Source: Oscillospiraceae bacterium (GTDB lineage Bacteria > Bacillota > Clostridia > Oscillospirales > Ruminococcaceae). Taken from it: a stretch of DNA of 54,689 nt. Below the pieces are notes generated by a model. The model ran no database searches. It saw nothing but the letters and a program-made list of their open reading frames with translations, and was not told the DNA's origin. Shown here piece by piece: positions 1-9,394 of this stretch (its first letter is position 1; the number at the start of each line of letters is the position of its first letter). The stretch is taken from assembly GCA_017440545.1 (NCBI GenBank), contig JAFSGZ010000009.1:1-54689 (forward strand), in the 5' to 3' direction. The position numbers were made by a program, and so were the translations under genes.

Positions 1-963
1 TGTACCTACAGGCTTGGGAGTTAAATCCATAACTACGCGGTTTATTCCCTCAACCTCTTTTGTGATACGGTCTGTAATTGTGTGAAGAAGTGTGTAGGGA
101 ATTTCTTCGATTGTGGCTGACATAGCGTCGGTTGTGTTAACGGCGCGGATTATAGCCATCCAACCCTCATAGCGCTTGCCATCTCTAACGCCTACGCTCT
201 TAAAGTCGGGAACGGCAATAAAATACTGCCAAACCTTGCCTGCAAGGCCGTTTTTATCAAACTCTTCACGCAAAATTGCATCTGCCTCACGGAGAGCTGA
301 AAGTCTATCCCTTGTGATAGCACCGAGGCATCTAACACCAAGGCCGGGGCCGGGGAAGGGCTGACGATAAACCATAGCGTGAGGAAGACCGAGTGCCTCA
401 CCTACAACTCTAACCTCGTCTTTATATAAAAGCTTAACTGGCTCAACAAGCTCAAACTCCATATCTTCGGGAAGTCCGCCTACATTATGGTGAGCCTTAA
501 CGCCATCGCTTTCTAAAATATCGGGGTAGATTGTGCCCTGAGCTAAGAAGGAAATACCTTCAAGCTTTGAAGCCTCTTCATCAAACACCTTTATAAATTC
601 GCCGCCTATGATTTTTCTCTTTTGCTCGGGAGCGTCTACTCCTGCTAAAAGATTTAAAAATCTATCGGTTGCATCAACATAAATTAAGTTAGCATCGAGT
701 TCTTTACCGAAAACCTCGATAACCTGCTCACTTTCGCCCTTTCTCATAAGGCCGTGATTAACGTGAACACAAACAAGCTGTTTGCCGATAGCTTTAATTA
801 AAAGTGCGGCAACAACCGACGAATCAACACCGCCGGAAAGTGCTAAAAGCACCTTTTTATCTCCTACCTGTGCTCTTATTTCCTTTACCTGCTCTGCAAT
901 AAAAGCGTCTGCAAGTTCTTTAGTTGTAATTCTCTGCATTGAGTCGGGTCTAACATTACTCAT
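1..963 (-). CDS. guaA: GMP synthase ATP-pyrophosphatase (PP-loop) unit, stand-alone; C-terminus cut by the window edge
   Basis: Not in the ORF track because there is no stop in the window. The minus-strand frame is open from ATG 963..961 (SD AAGGTGGA 8 nt upstream) to position 1 (321 codons). Hand translation: MSNVRPDSMQRITTKELADAFIAEQ..LALSGGVDSSV..HHNVGGLPEDM..QPFPGPGLGVR..DLTPKPVGT. This matches the C-terminal half of GuaA. No GATase domain lies upstream. Confidence 0.85.
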   Translation of the reverse strand, partial: MSNVRPDSMQRITTKELADAFIAEQVKEIRAQVGDKKVLLALSGGVDSSVVAALLIKAIGKQLVCVHVNHGLMRKGESEQVIEVFGKELDANLIYVDATDRFLNLLAGVDAPEQKRKIIGGEFIKVFDEEASKLEGISFLAQGTIYPDILESDGVKAHHNVGGLPEDMEFELVEPVKLLYKDEVRVVGEALGLPHAMVYRQPFPGPGLGVRCLGAITRDRLSALREADAILREEFDKNGLAGKVWQYFIAVPDFKSVGVRDGKRYEGWMAIIRAVNTTDAMSATIEEIPYTLLHTITDRITKEVEGINRVVMDLTPKPVGT

Positions 964-989
964 TTTTTTATCCACCTTAACACATTAAA

Positions 990-2189
990 TTAGTTTGTGT
1001 AGTTATCAAAATAACCTTGAACAAGAACAACGGGAGTACCCTTATCGCCCGAGCCGCTTGTAAGGTCGCAAAGTGATCCGATAAGGTCGGTAAGCTGTCT
1101 GGGGGTTGTTCCCTGAGATGCCATATTTCCAACTAAGTTATCGTCCTTTTTGCGAATACTATCTTCGATTGCCTTTTTAAGCTCTTCGCCCGAAAGTGCA
1201 CTAAAGTCGTTATCTGCAAGATATTTAAGCTTAATTTCATTGGGTGTTCCTATAAGTCCACTTGTAAATGCAGGGGAAACTACGGGGTCAGCAAGTTCCC
1301 AAATTTTACCTTGAGGGTCTTTAAATGCGCCGTCGCCGTAAACCATAACCTCAACATGCTTGCCTGTTTTCTCTAAGATTCTTGCTTGAACATCTAAAAC
1401 AAGGTCCTGACAGCTACGGGGGAACAACTTAATCTTATCCTCTGTTGCTTTATTTGAGCCCAAAAGACCATACTTTTCATTACAGCCGCTTCCGTTAATA
1501 GAAGCATTCATAATATCATCTAGGCCTAAAACGATTTTAGCGCCGTTTTCCTTTAATATTCTCTTGGTGCGTGCTCTTGTGTGAATATCACAGGTTAAAA
1601 CAGTGTCGGTGTACGCTAAAATTGCTTTGGGGTGATTTGCAAAAATAATTTCAACCTCTGCACCCATCTCATTTATGAGATTAGCATAATACTCTACATA
1701 ATCAACGCCTGTAAACTCGTGAAGATTTTTACCAAAAAGCTCTCTGTATCTTTCAAGTGTAAGAACATCGCTGTAAGGATTTACGCCTGCAGCGTCAAGC
1801 TTTTCAAAGCTTACAAGCTCGTTTCCAACCTCATCGGAAGGATATGAAAGCATTAATACAATTTTTTTAGCAGCCTTTGCAATTCCTCTAAGGCATATAG
1901 CAAAACGGTTTCTTGAAAGAATGGGGAAAATTACGCCAATGGTTCCATCGCCAAGCTTATTTTTTACATCCTCTGCGATGTTGTCAACTGTTGCATAGTT
2001 TCCTTGTGCTCTTGCTACGATTGATTCGGTCATAGAAATTACGTCTCTATCGCGTATTTCAAACCCCTCAGCCTCTGCTGCTTCTAACACGCTTTGGCTT
2101 ACTATTGTAGCAAGGTCGTCTCCCTCGCGGATTATCGGGCAACGAATACCTCTTGATACTGTGCCGACTTTACGCTCATAACCGTTCAT
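990..2189 (-). CDS. CofE-like (F420-0:gamma-glutamyl ligase family) protein
   Basis: 399-aa ORF with SD GGAGGA upstream. The N-terminus (..GIRCPIIREGDDLATIV..) and the size resemble the ~400-aa CofE-family proteins annotated in Firmicutes. Family assignment is from memory only. Confidence 0.5.
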   Translation of the reverse strand: MNGYERKVGTVSRGIRCPIIREGDDLATIVSQSVLEAAEAEGFEIRDRDVISMTESIVARAQGNYATVDNIAEDVKNKLGDGTIGVIFPILSRNRFAICLRGIAKAAKKIVLMLSYPSDEVGNELVSFEKLDAAGVNPYSDVLTLERYRELFGKNLHEFTGVDYVEYYANLINEMGAEVEIIFANHPKAILAYTDTVLTCDIHTRARTKRILKENGAKIVLGLDDIMNASINGSGCNEKYGLLGSNKATEDKIKLFPRSCQDLVLDVQARILEKTGKHVEVMVYGDGAFKDPQGKIWELADPVVSPAFTSGLIGTPNEIKLKYLADNDFSALSGEELKKAIEDSIRKKDDNLVGNMASQGTTPRQLTDLIGSLCDLTSGSGDKGTPVVLVQGYFDNYTN

Positions 2190-2300
2190 TTAACATTCCT
2201 CCAACATAAAACTATTTGAATTTAGCTTCAAAAACAAATTATATTATAATATTTTTATAGTTATTTGTAAAGATTTTTGAGTAAAAAAATTGAAGTTTTT

Positions 2301-2342
2301 TTATAAAAAATTTAAATGCCCCGCCATTTAAAAAAGCGGGGC
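2301..2342 (-). terminator. Rho-independent terminator after nadA
   Basis: GCCCCGC/GCGGGGC stem (2318..2324 with 2336..2342), followed on the minus strand by a T-rich run. Confidence 0.6.
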
Positions 2343-2351
2343 AAAGCCATT

Positions 2352-3266
2352 TTATTTTCCGAGCTCTATCATCTTATCAATGCATCTGCGCGAAAGCTCA
2401 ATGGTTTTCTCATCAAGCTCGATTTTTTCGCCGCCCTCACCCTTTAAACAGTTGTATAAATCCATTAGAGTGGTGGCACGCATATCGGCGCAAATTAAGT
2501 TTTTAGAAAGCATATAGAATTTCTTGTTGGGATATTTAAATTGAAGGTGCTGCACGATGCTGTTTTCGGTGCCGATTATGAATTCCTTATGGTCGCTTTG
2601 TTCTACATAATTCATAATATCGGCGGTTGAGCCTGCAAAGTGAGAAAGCTTTACAACTTCGTTTTTACACTCGGGATGCACAAGGAACACGGCATTAGGA
2701 TGCGCTTTTAAAGCATTTTCTGCTTCTTCTTTTGTAACTGACGCGTGTATAGGGCAACCGCCGTCTAAAAGCATTATATTTTTGCTTGGAACCTTTTCTT
2801 TAACATACGCGCCAAGATTACAATCGGGAATAAATAGAATGTTGTCATTATCAATTCTTTCGACAATTTTAACAGCCGAGGAAGAAGTTACGCATACATC
2901 GCAAACCGTTTTTAAGCTTGCAGTTGTATTTATATAGGCAACAACGGCATAGTCGGGATACTGCTTCTTTATGCTGTTTATGTACTCTTTATCCATCTGC
3001 TCTGCCATAGGGCAGCCGGCAGTTTTGTTTGCTAAATAAACCTCTTTTTCGGGCGAGAGGATTTTAACGGTTTCAGCCATAAATCTGACGCCGCACATAA
3101 TAACCTTTTTATTTGGTGTATTTTTTGCCATTACACTGAGCTGATAAGAGTCGCCCACAAAATCAGCAACCTCTAAAATATCCTCAGTTTGATAGCTGTG
3201 CGCTAAAATCAAAACATCGTCTTGCTTTTTTAGCTCTAATATCTTTTTTTGAATGTCGCTTATCAT
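2352..3266 (-). CDS. nadA: Quinolinate synthase
   Basis: 304 aa. Has ..LILAHSYQ..DFVGDS..GCPMAEQM..VHPECK.., typical of NadA. Confidence 0.9.
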   Translation of the reverse strand: MISDIQKKILELKKQDDVLILAHSYQTEDILEVADFVGDSYQLSVMAKNTPNKKVIMCGVRFMAETVKILSPEKEVYLANKTAGCPMAEQMDKEYINSIKKQYPDYAVVAYINTTASLKTVCDVCVTSSSAVKIVERIDNDNILFIPDCNLGAYVKEKVPSKNIMLLDGGCPIHASVTKEEAENALKAHPNAVFLVHPECKNEVVKLSHFAGSTADIMNYVEQSDHKEFIIGTENSIVQHLQFKYPNKKFYMLSKNLICADMRATTLMDLYNCLKGEGGEKIELDEKTIELSRRCIDKMIELGK

Positions 3267-3269
3267 AAT

Positions 3270-4199
3270 TTACTCCTCAAAAAGCGGTGTTGACATATAA
3301 CGGCTTGCAGAGTCGGCAAGCAGCACCACAATGTTCTTATCCTTATTTTCTTTTCTCTTTGCAACGCTTACAGCGGCAGAAAACGCCGCACCCGAAGAAA
3401 TGCCAACAAGCACACCCTCTCTCTTTGCAAGCATTTTTGCATATTTTATACTATCCTCAAAGCTTTGAGGAATAATTTCGTCAATTAAATTTACATCTAA
3501 AATTTCAGGAATAAAATTTGCGCCTATACCTTGAATTCCGTGTGTTCCTGCCGTTCCCTTTGATAAAAGAGGTGAATCTGACGGTTCAACAGCTACAATT
3601 TTTACACTTGGGTTTTTATTTTTAAGTGCCCTCGCAACACCGGTTATAGTTCCACCGGTACCTACTCCTGCAACAAAAATATCTACATTTCCGTCAAGGT
3701 CGTCTAAAATTTCGACTCCTGTTGTCATCTCGTGGGCGAGGGCATTTGAGGGATTTGAAAACTGACCTGTTACAAAGCTTCCCCCTATTTCTTTTTCAAG
3801 CTCACAAGCCTTATTTACAGAGCCCTGCATACCATCAGCACCGGGTGTCAGCACTACCTCAGCACCATAAGCCTTTAAAAGCCGAATTCTCTCGACACTC
3901 ATACTATCTGGCATTACAAACAAAGCCTTATATCCTCTTGAAGCACAGATGCAGGCAAGACCTATACCGGTGTTTCCTGAAGTTGGCTCTATAATAGTTG
4001 CTCCCTTTTTGATTTTACCGCTTTTTTCAGCATCATCAAGCATTTTAACCGCAACCCTATCCTTTACACTTCCTGCAGGGTTTAAAAACTCGAGCTTTGC
4101 AAAAAGGTTTGCTTCTATATTTTCATCTTTTTCAATGTTACACAGCTTTAAAAGAGGTGTTTTTCCGACAAGCTGTGAAACAGACGAATATACATTCAT
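3270..4199 (-). CDS. cysK: Cysteine synthase A (O-acetylserine sulfhydrylase)
   Basis: 309 aa. PLP-fold motifs LNPAGSVKDR, TSGNTGIGLA and GVGTGGTITG. Confidence 0.9.
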   Translation of the reverse strand: MNVYSSVSQLVGKTPLLKLCNIEKDENIEANLFAKLEFLNPAGSVKDRVAVKMLDDAEKSGKIKKGATIIEPTSGNTGIGLACICASRGYKALFVMPDSMSVERIRLLKAYGAEVVLTPGADGMQGSVNKACELEKEIGGSFVTGQFSNPSNALAHEMTTGVEILDDLDGNVDIFVAGVGTGGTITGVARALKNKNPSVKIVAVEPSDSPLLSKGTAGTHGIQGIGANFIPEILDVNLIDEIIPQSFEDSIKYAKMLAKREGVLVGISSGAAFSAAVSVAKRKENKDKNIVVLLADSASRYMSTPLFEE

Positions 4200-4265
4200 T
4201 TTAATGCCTCCGCAAAAATTCCTTTTTTAAATTTTATCACAAAAGTCTGAATATGTAAATAAAAG

Positions 4266-4523
4266 TTATACTCTTTTTTTGAGAAGTTCTATTAAAGCCT
4301 TTGAAAGCTGGTCGGGGCAGGAAGTGCCTTTACCGCGACAATCTATACCCTCAAGTCTCTCTATTGCCTCAATAACATTCATTCCCTCAACAAGTCGAGA
4401 AATTCCTTGTGTATTACCGTGACAGCCACCAATAATTTCAACACTTTTAATTATATCGCCATCAAGCTCTACATTAATTTGTCTTGAGCATACGCCGTGT
4501 GTTATATAATTGATTTTATTCAT
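4266..4523 (-). CDS. TSCPD-domain protein (TIGR03905-like)
   Basis: 85 aa. Contains ..GGCHGNTQGISRL..GTSCPDQL.. (TSCP motif). SD AAAGGAG upstream. Confidence 0.7.
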   Translation of the reverse strand: MNKINYITHGVCSRQINVELDGDIIKSVEIIGGCHGNTQGISRLVEGMNVIEAIERLEGIDCRGKGTSCPDQLSKALIELLKKRV

Positions 4524-4534
4524 TTTTATCTCCT

Positions 4535-4891
4535 TTATTTACAGCCCTTACAGGTTGAAAAAAGCTCTTTTATGCTTTTTGTTTTATTAACTTCAAACTC
4601 AAGCTTTAAAAGCTTGTCCACTGTATTTTTATTTACATTAATAAGGTAGGTTTTACAGCCGCTGTCCTCTCCATAGGCAATTATAGTTCTGACAGCACCA
4701 TCAATGACGCTTAAATCCTCGCCTTCAACATAGATAACCTCTATATTTTCGCCCTCAATTTTTGCAACCGAAAAGCCCTTTGTTCCTGTAAAATCAAAGG
4801 CAGAAAAAACTATATAATCCTCTTTATAATCTATTATCCCCTCACAAAGTTCCTTTGCAACAAAGGCGGGGGCTCTTTTAATCATAAGCAT
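4535..4891 (-). CDS. Hypothetical protein
   Basis: 118-aa ORF with SD AAGGAG 8 nt upstream of the ATG. No family recognised. Confidence 0.5.
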   Translation of the reverse strand: MLMIKRAPAFVAKELCEGIIDYKEDYIVFSAFDFTGTKGFSVAKIEGENIEVIYVEGEDLSVIDGAVRTIIAYGEDSGCKTYLINVNKNTVDKLLKLEFEVNKTKSIKELFSTCKGCK

Positions 4892-4917
4892 ATTTTATTC
4901 TCCTTAAAGCTGAATTT

Positions 4918-4940
4918 AAACTGTGCATTTAGCACAGTTT
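4918..4940 (-). terminator. Hairpin/terminator overlapping the stop of the 4939..5373 gene
   Basis: AAACTGTGC/GCACAGTTT 9-bp stem with a 5-nt loop. U-rich sequence follows on the minus strand. Confidence 0.45.
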
Positions 4941-5373
4941 AAATTCTTCTGTTCACCATTATGATATTTGCAACAGGCACAGCCACGGGGGTTATGTAGG
5001 AAGTGATTATCTGCACAACCATAAGGTTACTTGTGTTAAGTGCGCTGTTATAACCTGCATACACAAGAGCACAGATAATTAAAATAATTCCCGCAGATAC
5101 ACAGCTTACAATAATGCTTGCTCGTCTTTTATCAAGTGCTAAAAGAAGCACAGCCAATAAAAAGCCTACTGTTGATGCTATTATTATTCCCACACCATAG
5201 GCATAAAAATGCTGACGGCTTTGGGTCGTTAACAGTCCGAAAACGGCAGGGCTCTCTAAAACCCACACCACAACTGTTATTAAAAGCAAAAACCAATAGT
5301 CCTTATAGCCTCTTTCATAGCGTCTTTGTTTTTCTTTTAGCTCTTGTTTTTCCTTATTAGTAAGCTTTGCCAT
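4939..5373 (-). CDS. Integral membrane protein, unknown function
   Basis: 144 aa. Basic N-terminus followed by about 4 hydrophobic spans. SD AAAAGGAG upstream. Confidence 0.6.
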   Translation of the reverse strand: MAKLTNKEKQELKEKQRRYERGYKDYWFLLLITVVVWVLESPAVFGLLTTQSRQHFYAYGVGIIIASTVGFLLAVLLLALDKRRASIIVSCVSAGIILIICALVYAGYNSALNTSNLMVVQIITSYITPVAVPVANIIMVNRRI

Positions 5374-5390
5374 ATGCTTCTCCTTTTATT

Positions 5391-5477
5391 TTAACTTTCT
5401 TCTTCCTTTTTAATCTTAAAGATAAATCTAAGCAAACCTCTTAATATTTTAGGACTTTTCACCACAACTATTTTCAT
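5391..5477 (-). CDS. spoVM: Stage V sporulation protein M (28 aa)
   Basis: Below the ORF-track size cutoff. Hand translation MKIVVVKSPKILRGLLRFIFKIKKEEES resembles B. subtilis SpoVM (MKFYTIKLPKFLGGIVRAMLGSFRKD). It lies downstream of thiN, as in Bacillus. SD GGAG upstream. Confidence 0.7.
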   Translation of the reverse strand: MKIVVVKSPKILRGLLRFIFKIKKEEES

Positions 5478-5521
5478 AAAGCCTTACTCCGTTTCTTAAA
5501 AGAATTTGGTGCAAAAAGGCT

Positions 5522-5668
5522 TTAACATACAAGCAGTTTAATGCCAAAAAAGCACAGAACCGCCGCTATAAAGACAAAGATATATTTAGGTGGGCAGAGG
5601 GTTATTAACAGTATCGCTATTCCGACTGCCAAAAGTATTCTGCCGCATCGTTGTCTTTTGCCGCCCAT
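5522..5668 (-). CDS. Candidate 48-aa small membrane protein
   Basis: Below the ORF-track cutoff. Hand translation MGGKRQRCGRILLAVGIAILLITLCPPKYIFVFIAAVLCFFGIKLLVC: a basic N-terminus and two hydrophobic segments. SD AAAGGGG 8 nt upstream. Confidence 0.4.
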   Translation of the reverse strand: MGGKRQRCGRILLAVGIAILLITLCPPKYIFVFIAAVLCFFGIKLLVC

Positions 5669-5741
5669 TTTAAAGCCCCTTTACACAAAACTTTAACGGA
5701 CACTGCCGTTACAGCATTATATGCAAAAGACTTTAAAAGGG

Positions 5742-6368
5742 TTAATTTTTAGTTTTGATAACAAGCACTCTTGCGTTACTGTCGCCTGCTAATACATTTA
5801 ATTTACATTTTTTATTTATTATTTTATTGCTGACGCCTAACGGGAATGATGAAATAAGGCTAAAAGTGCCGTTGTATTCACAACCCTCAATACAAACGCT
5901 TACGCTGCTGCATCCAAACGGAAAAAGTGAAAGATAGCCTCCTAAATTCTCAATTTCATATTCACCTATCGGCAGCATAGAAACCTCGCAGTTTTCGTCA
6001 ATTAATCTTGCTTTGAGGTTATTATCAAGAATATACGAAAGGGCGGTTATAGAAGCTATTGTATGGTCGAGCCTCTCCCCTAATGCTCCGTAAATATAAA
6101 AATCCTCACAGCCCATTTCAATACCGTATTTAATGGCAAGCATTAAATCGGTGTCGTCTTTTCTTTTATTAAAGCTTATGACGCTTGCATTTTGTGTTTG
6201 TGGCTTTGATGCAGAATCAAAATCCCCTACTATTAAATCAGGCATGATATTAAGCCTTTCGGCGTGCTTATAGCCTGCATCGGCACATATTATATAGGAA
6301 TTTTCCGGCACCTTAACAAAGCTTAAATCATTTATAGGTGCCGCTGCAAAAATTATGCATTTTTTCAT
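5742..6368 (-). CDS. thiN: Thiamine pyrophosphokinase
   Basis: 208 aa. Has ..ADAGY..PDLIVGDFDS.. and ..GALGERLDH... Its start overlaps the rsgA stop (TAATG). Confidence 0.85.
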   Translation of the reverse strand: MKKCIIFAAAPINDLSFVKVPENSYIICADAGYKHAERLNIMPDLIVGDFDSASKPQTQNASVISFNKRKDDTDLMLAIKYGIEMGCEDFYIYGALGERLDHTIASITALSYILDNNLKARLIDENCEVSMLPIGEYEIENLGGYLSLFPFGCSSVSVCIEGCEYNGTFSLISSFPLGVSNKIINKKCKLNVLAGDSNARVLVIKTKN

Positions 6369-7264
6369 TATTTTTGTCCCTTTATATCCCAGACTTTTAT
6401 TTTTTCAGCCTCTTTATAAAGCTCTTTATAGCTTAAATATCTGCTCTCGACTACATCTCCATTTAAAACCGCTTCTTTTAGCGAGCAGTCTTTTTCATTT
6501 ATATGGGCGCAGTCTTTAAAGCGGCAGTTGTCCGCATACTTTAAAAGGTCGGGGAAGCAGTAAATTAGCTCGTCCTTTAAAATGTTTACACCGCTTTCAA
6601 AATCGAGGCTTGAAAAGCCTGGGGTGTCGGCAATATAGCCGCCGTTTATTTTAAAAAGCTCAACGTGACGTGTGGTGTGTCTTCCGCGAGAAAGCTTTAG
6701 GGACACCTCTCCCGTTTGAAGCTTTAAATTAGGCTCAATCATATTTATAAGGGTTGATTTTCCAACACCCGAGTTTCCGGCAAATGCACAGGTGTATCCG
6801 TTTAAGCTTTGGCCTATTTTTTCTGCCGCACTCTTATCAAACTTGTTGGTTTCAAAAACGGTTATACCCGCCTTTTTATAGTTTTCTATAAGCTCATCTG
6901 CTTTTTTTACATCGGTTTTGGAAACCACCAATATAGGCTCGATGTTTTTATAGACGCAAAGCGCGGTAAGCTTATCTATATTTAATGTGTTGGGCTCGGG
7001 AAGATAGGTTGAGGTTACAATATAAAGCTTATCTATATTGCTAATAGGTGGTCTTATAAGAGAGTTTTTACGGTCAAAAATTTCATCAATTACGCCTTTA
7101 TTTGTGCTTTCATCATATTCTGTTTCAACAAAATCTCCAACCTGTAGGGTTAGGTTATCCTTACGGAATGCCCCTCTTGCCTTACATTCAATCAAGGCTT
7201 TTTCTGTTTCTACATAATAGAAGCCGCCTATTCCCTTTAAAATTCTGCCCCTTTGTTTCAGCAT
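6368..7264 (-). CDS. rsgA: Ribosome small-subunit-dependent GTPase A
   Basis: 298 aa. Circularly permuted GTPase (SKTD ... GNSGVGKSTL) with a C-terminal Cys/His zinc motif. Confidence 0.9.
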   Translation of the reverse strand: MLKQRGRILKGIGGFYYVETEKALIECKARGAFRKDNLTLQVGDFVETEYDESTNKGVIDEIFDRKNSLIRPPISNIDKLYIVTSTYLPEPNTLNIDKLTALCVYKNIEPILVVSKTDVKKADELIENYKKAGITVFETNKFDKSAAEKIGQSLNGYTCAFAGNSGVGKSTLINMIEPNLKLQTGEVSLKLSRGRHTTRHVELFKINGGYIADTPGFSSLDFESGVNILKDELIYCFPDLLKYADNCRFKDCAHINEKDCSLKEAVLNGDVVESRYLSYKELYKEAEKIKVWDIKGQK

Positions 7265-7326
7265 AAAAGCTCCTTATGTTAAAGCGGCGATAGCATAGCT
7301 ATCACCGCCTATTTTAAATTTTTGTT

Positions 7327-9369
7327 TTAGTTTTTACTTGAAGAGCTGCCCGAGCTTTCAGCTTTCTGTGATGAAACTGCAGAAGATGATGATGCGCTCG
7401 ATTCGGTTTTCTTGGAAGTTGTTGTATAAGCTGCTCTTAATTGGTCGGTGTTATCCTGAAGCAGTGTGCTTGTTTGGCTATCAAAGTTTACATTATAAGC
7501 TAAATAAACCTTATCGTTTATTCTGATTACGAGCTTTCTTACTCCTGTGCCTTCAAGCTTTAAATCCCACTTACCTGTATCATTATATATATTTGATGTC
7601 TTAACGGTTTCACCGTCTAATGTTGCCTTTATTTCGATTTCCTCTGTGTAGAAATCGGGAATGGTGATTTGCATTGAATAGGTGGTTTTTTGTTTTTCGC
7701 CCGAGCTTATTTTTAAGGTTACAACGCTGCCTTGGTCTACCCAAGATTCTGCAGCAATATCCTGATAAAGCACAGTACCCTTAACCTTGTTTGAGGGAAC
7801 CTCAACAGCATCAACAGCAAGTGATTTTGCATAAAGAAGGTTGGAAGCCTGCTCTATTGTCATATCAACAACATCGGGAACCTGAACCTTTTCAATTTTT
7901 TCAACAGCTTTAAAGATTTGAATTGTAGTTGCAAGCGAAACATCTTCACCGCGTTTGGGGAAGGTTCTTACAACAAGCCCTGCTGCTACATCCTGACTTT
8001 CCTCTTGAATTTCAACCCAAGACTCAAAGCCTGCTTTTTTAATTGCATCAATAGCATCAGCAACTGTATACTCGGTTACATCGGGTACCTCGCCTTTTTT
8101 AGGTCCGCGGCTTACCCAAACCTCCATTTTATAATCCTTTGTAGTGGTACCTGCTTTTTTCTCCTGCTTAAAGATTACACCTTCGGCATATTCATCGCTA
8201 AAAGCAGTTTGAGGATTTGAAAAGTCAAATTCCTTATAGGTGTCCATAGCCTCTGTGATGGTCATTCCCACAAAATCGGGAACCTCTACAGCCTTTGTAG
8301 GCTTAAGAATACCCGAACGGCTTACTGCAATTATAATAAAGATTATAACAGCAATTACAACTGTGGCAGTTACGCCGAGAAGAATGGGAATTAAGGGGGA
8401 TTTCTTTTCTTCTTCCTCATCCTCTTCATTTACGACATTTTTATTGTCTTTAACATCGTTTAGAGCGGCACCCGAAACTGCGCCAAAGTGGCGGGTTGGC
8501 ATACCATCATCGTTTAAATATTTATATGAGAACTGAATACTGGGGTTTCTCTTAAACTCATCAATATCGCGAAGCATTTCTGCGGCGCTTTGATATCTGA
8601 CCTTTGTATTCTTCTGCATAGCTTTTAAAACAATTTCCTCGAGGCCTTCAGGAATTGTGTCATTAAGCTCTCTGGGATGGCGAGGTGTTTTACTAACCTG
8701 CATCATAGCAACCGAAACTGCAGCATCAGCTTCAAAGGGAAGCTGACCTGTGAGCATTTCAAAAAGCATAACGCCGACAGAATAAATATCTGTCTTTTGG
8801 TCGGTTACATCGCCGCAGGCTTGCTCGGGGCTTATATAGTGAACCGAGCCTATAACCTTACCCGAAATGGTTCTGGTTTCAAAGCGTGCAAAGCGTGCAA
8901 TACCAAAATCCATCACCTTTATTGTGCCGTCCATTAAAAGCATAATATTTTGCGGCTTTATATCTCTGTGAACTATTCCTTTATCGTGAGCGTGCTGAAG
9001 TGCTCTTAAAATCTGAACGACATAGTGTACAGATTCCTTCCACTTTAAAATACCCTCGCGCTCTATGTATTCCTTTAAGGTAATACCGTCGATATATTCC
9101 ATAACAATGGCAGGTGCATCACTGCTGTAAAGCACATCGTAAACCTTTACAATGTTGGGATGCGAAAGACCTGCTATTGCTTTAGCTTCATTTCTGAAGC
9201 GACGTAAAAATTCCTCGTTCTGAATATATTCGTCTTTTAAGATTTTAACGGCAACTGTGATGTCGTCAATAAGGTCCTTAGCCTTGTAGACATTAGCCAT
9301 TCCGCCAATGCCAACCTGCTCCTGAATTTCATAACGGCCTCCAAGCCTTACTCCTATATACTTATCCAT
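7327..9369 (-). CDS. prkC: Ser/Thr protein kinase with PASTA repeats
   Basis: Hanks kinase motifs (HRDIKPQN, DFGIA), one TM segment, then repeated PASTA-like units (VPDFVGM.., VPDVTEY.., VPDVVDM..). ATG at 9369 is preferred (AGGAG 8 nt upstream) over the track's GTG at 9378. Confidence 0.9.
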   Translation of the reverse strand: MDKYIGVRLGGRYEIQEQVGIGGMANVYKAKDLIDDITVAVKILKDEYIQNEEFLRRFRNEAKAIAGLSHPNIVKVYDVLYSSDAPAIVMEYIDGITLKEYIEREGILKWKESVHYVVQILRALQHAHDKGIVHRDIKPQNIMLLMDGTIKVMDFGIARFARFETRTISGKVIGSVHYISPEQACGDVTDQKTDIYSVGVMLFEMLTGQLPFEADAAVSVAMMQVSKTPRHPRELNDTIPEGLEEIVLKAMQKNTKVRYQSAAEMLRDIDEFKRNPSIQFSYKYLNDDGMPTRHFGAVSGAALNDVKDNKNVVNEEDEEEEKKSPLIPILLGVTATVVIAVIIFIIIAVSRSGILKPTKAVEVPDFVGMTITEAMDTYKEFDFSNPQTAFSDEYAEGVIFKQEKKAGTTTKDYKMEVWVSRGPKKGEVPDVTEYTVADAIDAIKKAGFESWVEIQEESQDVAAGLVVRTFPKRGEDVSLATTIQIFKAVEKIEKVQVPDVVDMTIEQASNLLYAKSLAVDAVEVPSNKVKGTVLYQDIAAESWVDQGSVVTLKISSGEKQKTTYSMQITIPDFYTEEIEIKATLDGETVKTSNIYNDTGKWDLKLEGTGVRKLVIRINDKVYLAYNVNFDSQTSTLLQDNTDQLRAAYTTTSKKTESSASSSSAVSSQKAESSGSSSSKN

Positions 9370-9394
9370 ACTTTTCACTCCTAAAATAGCATTA

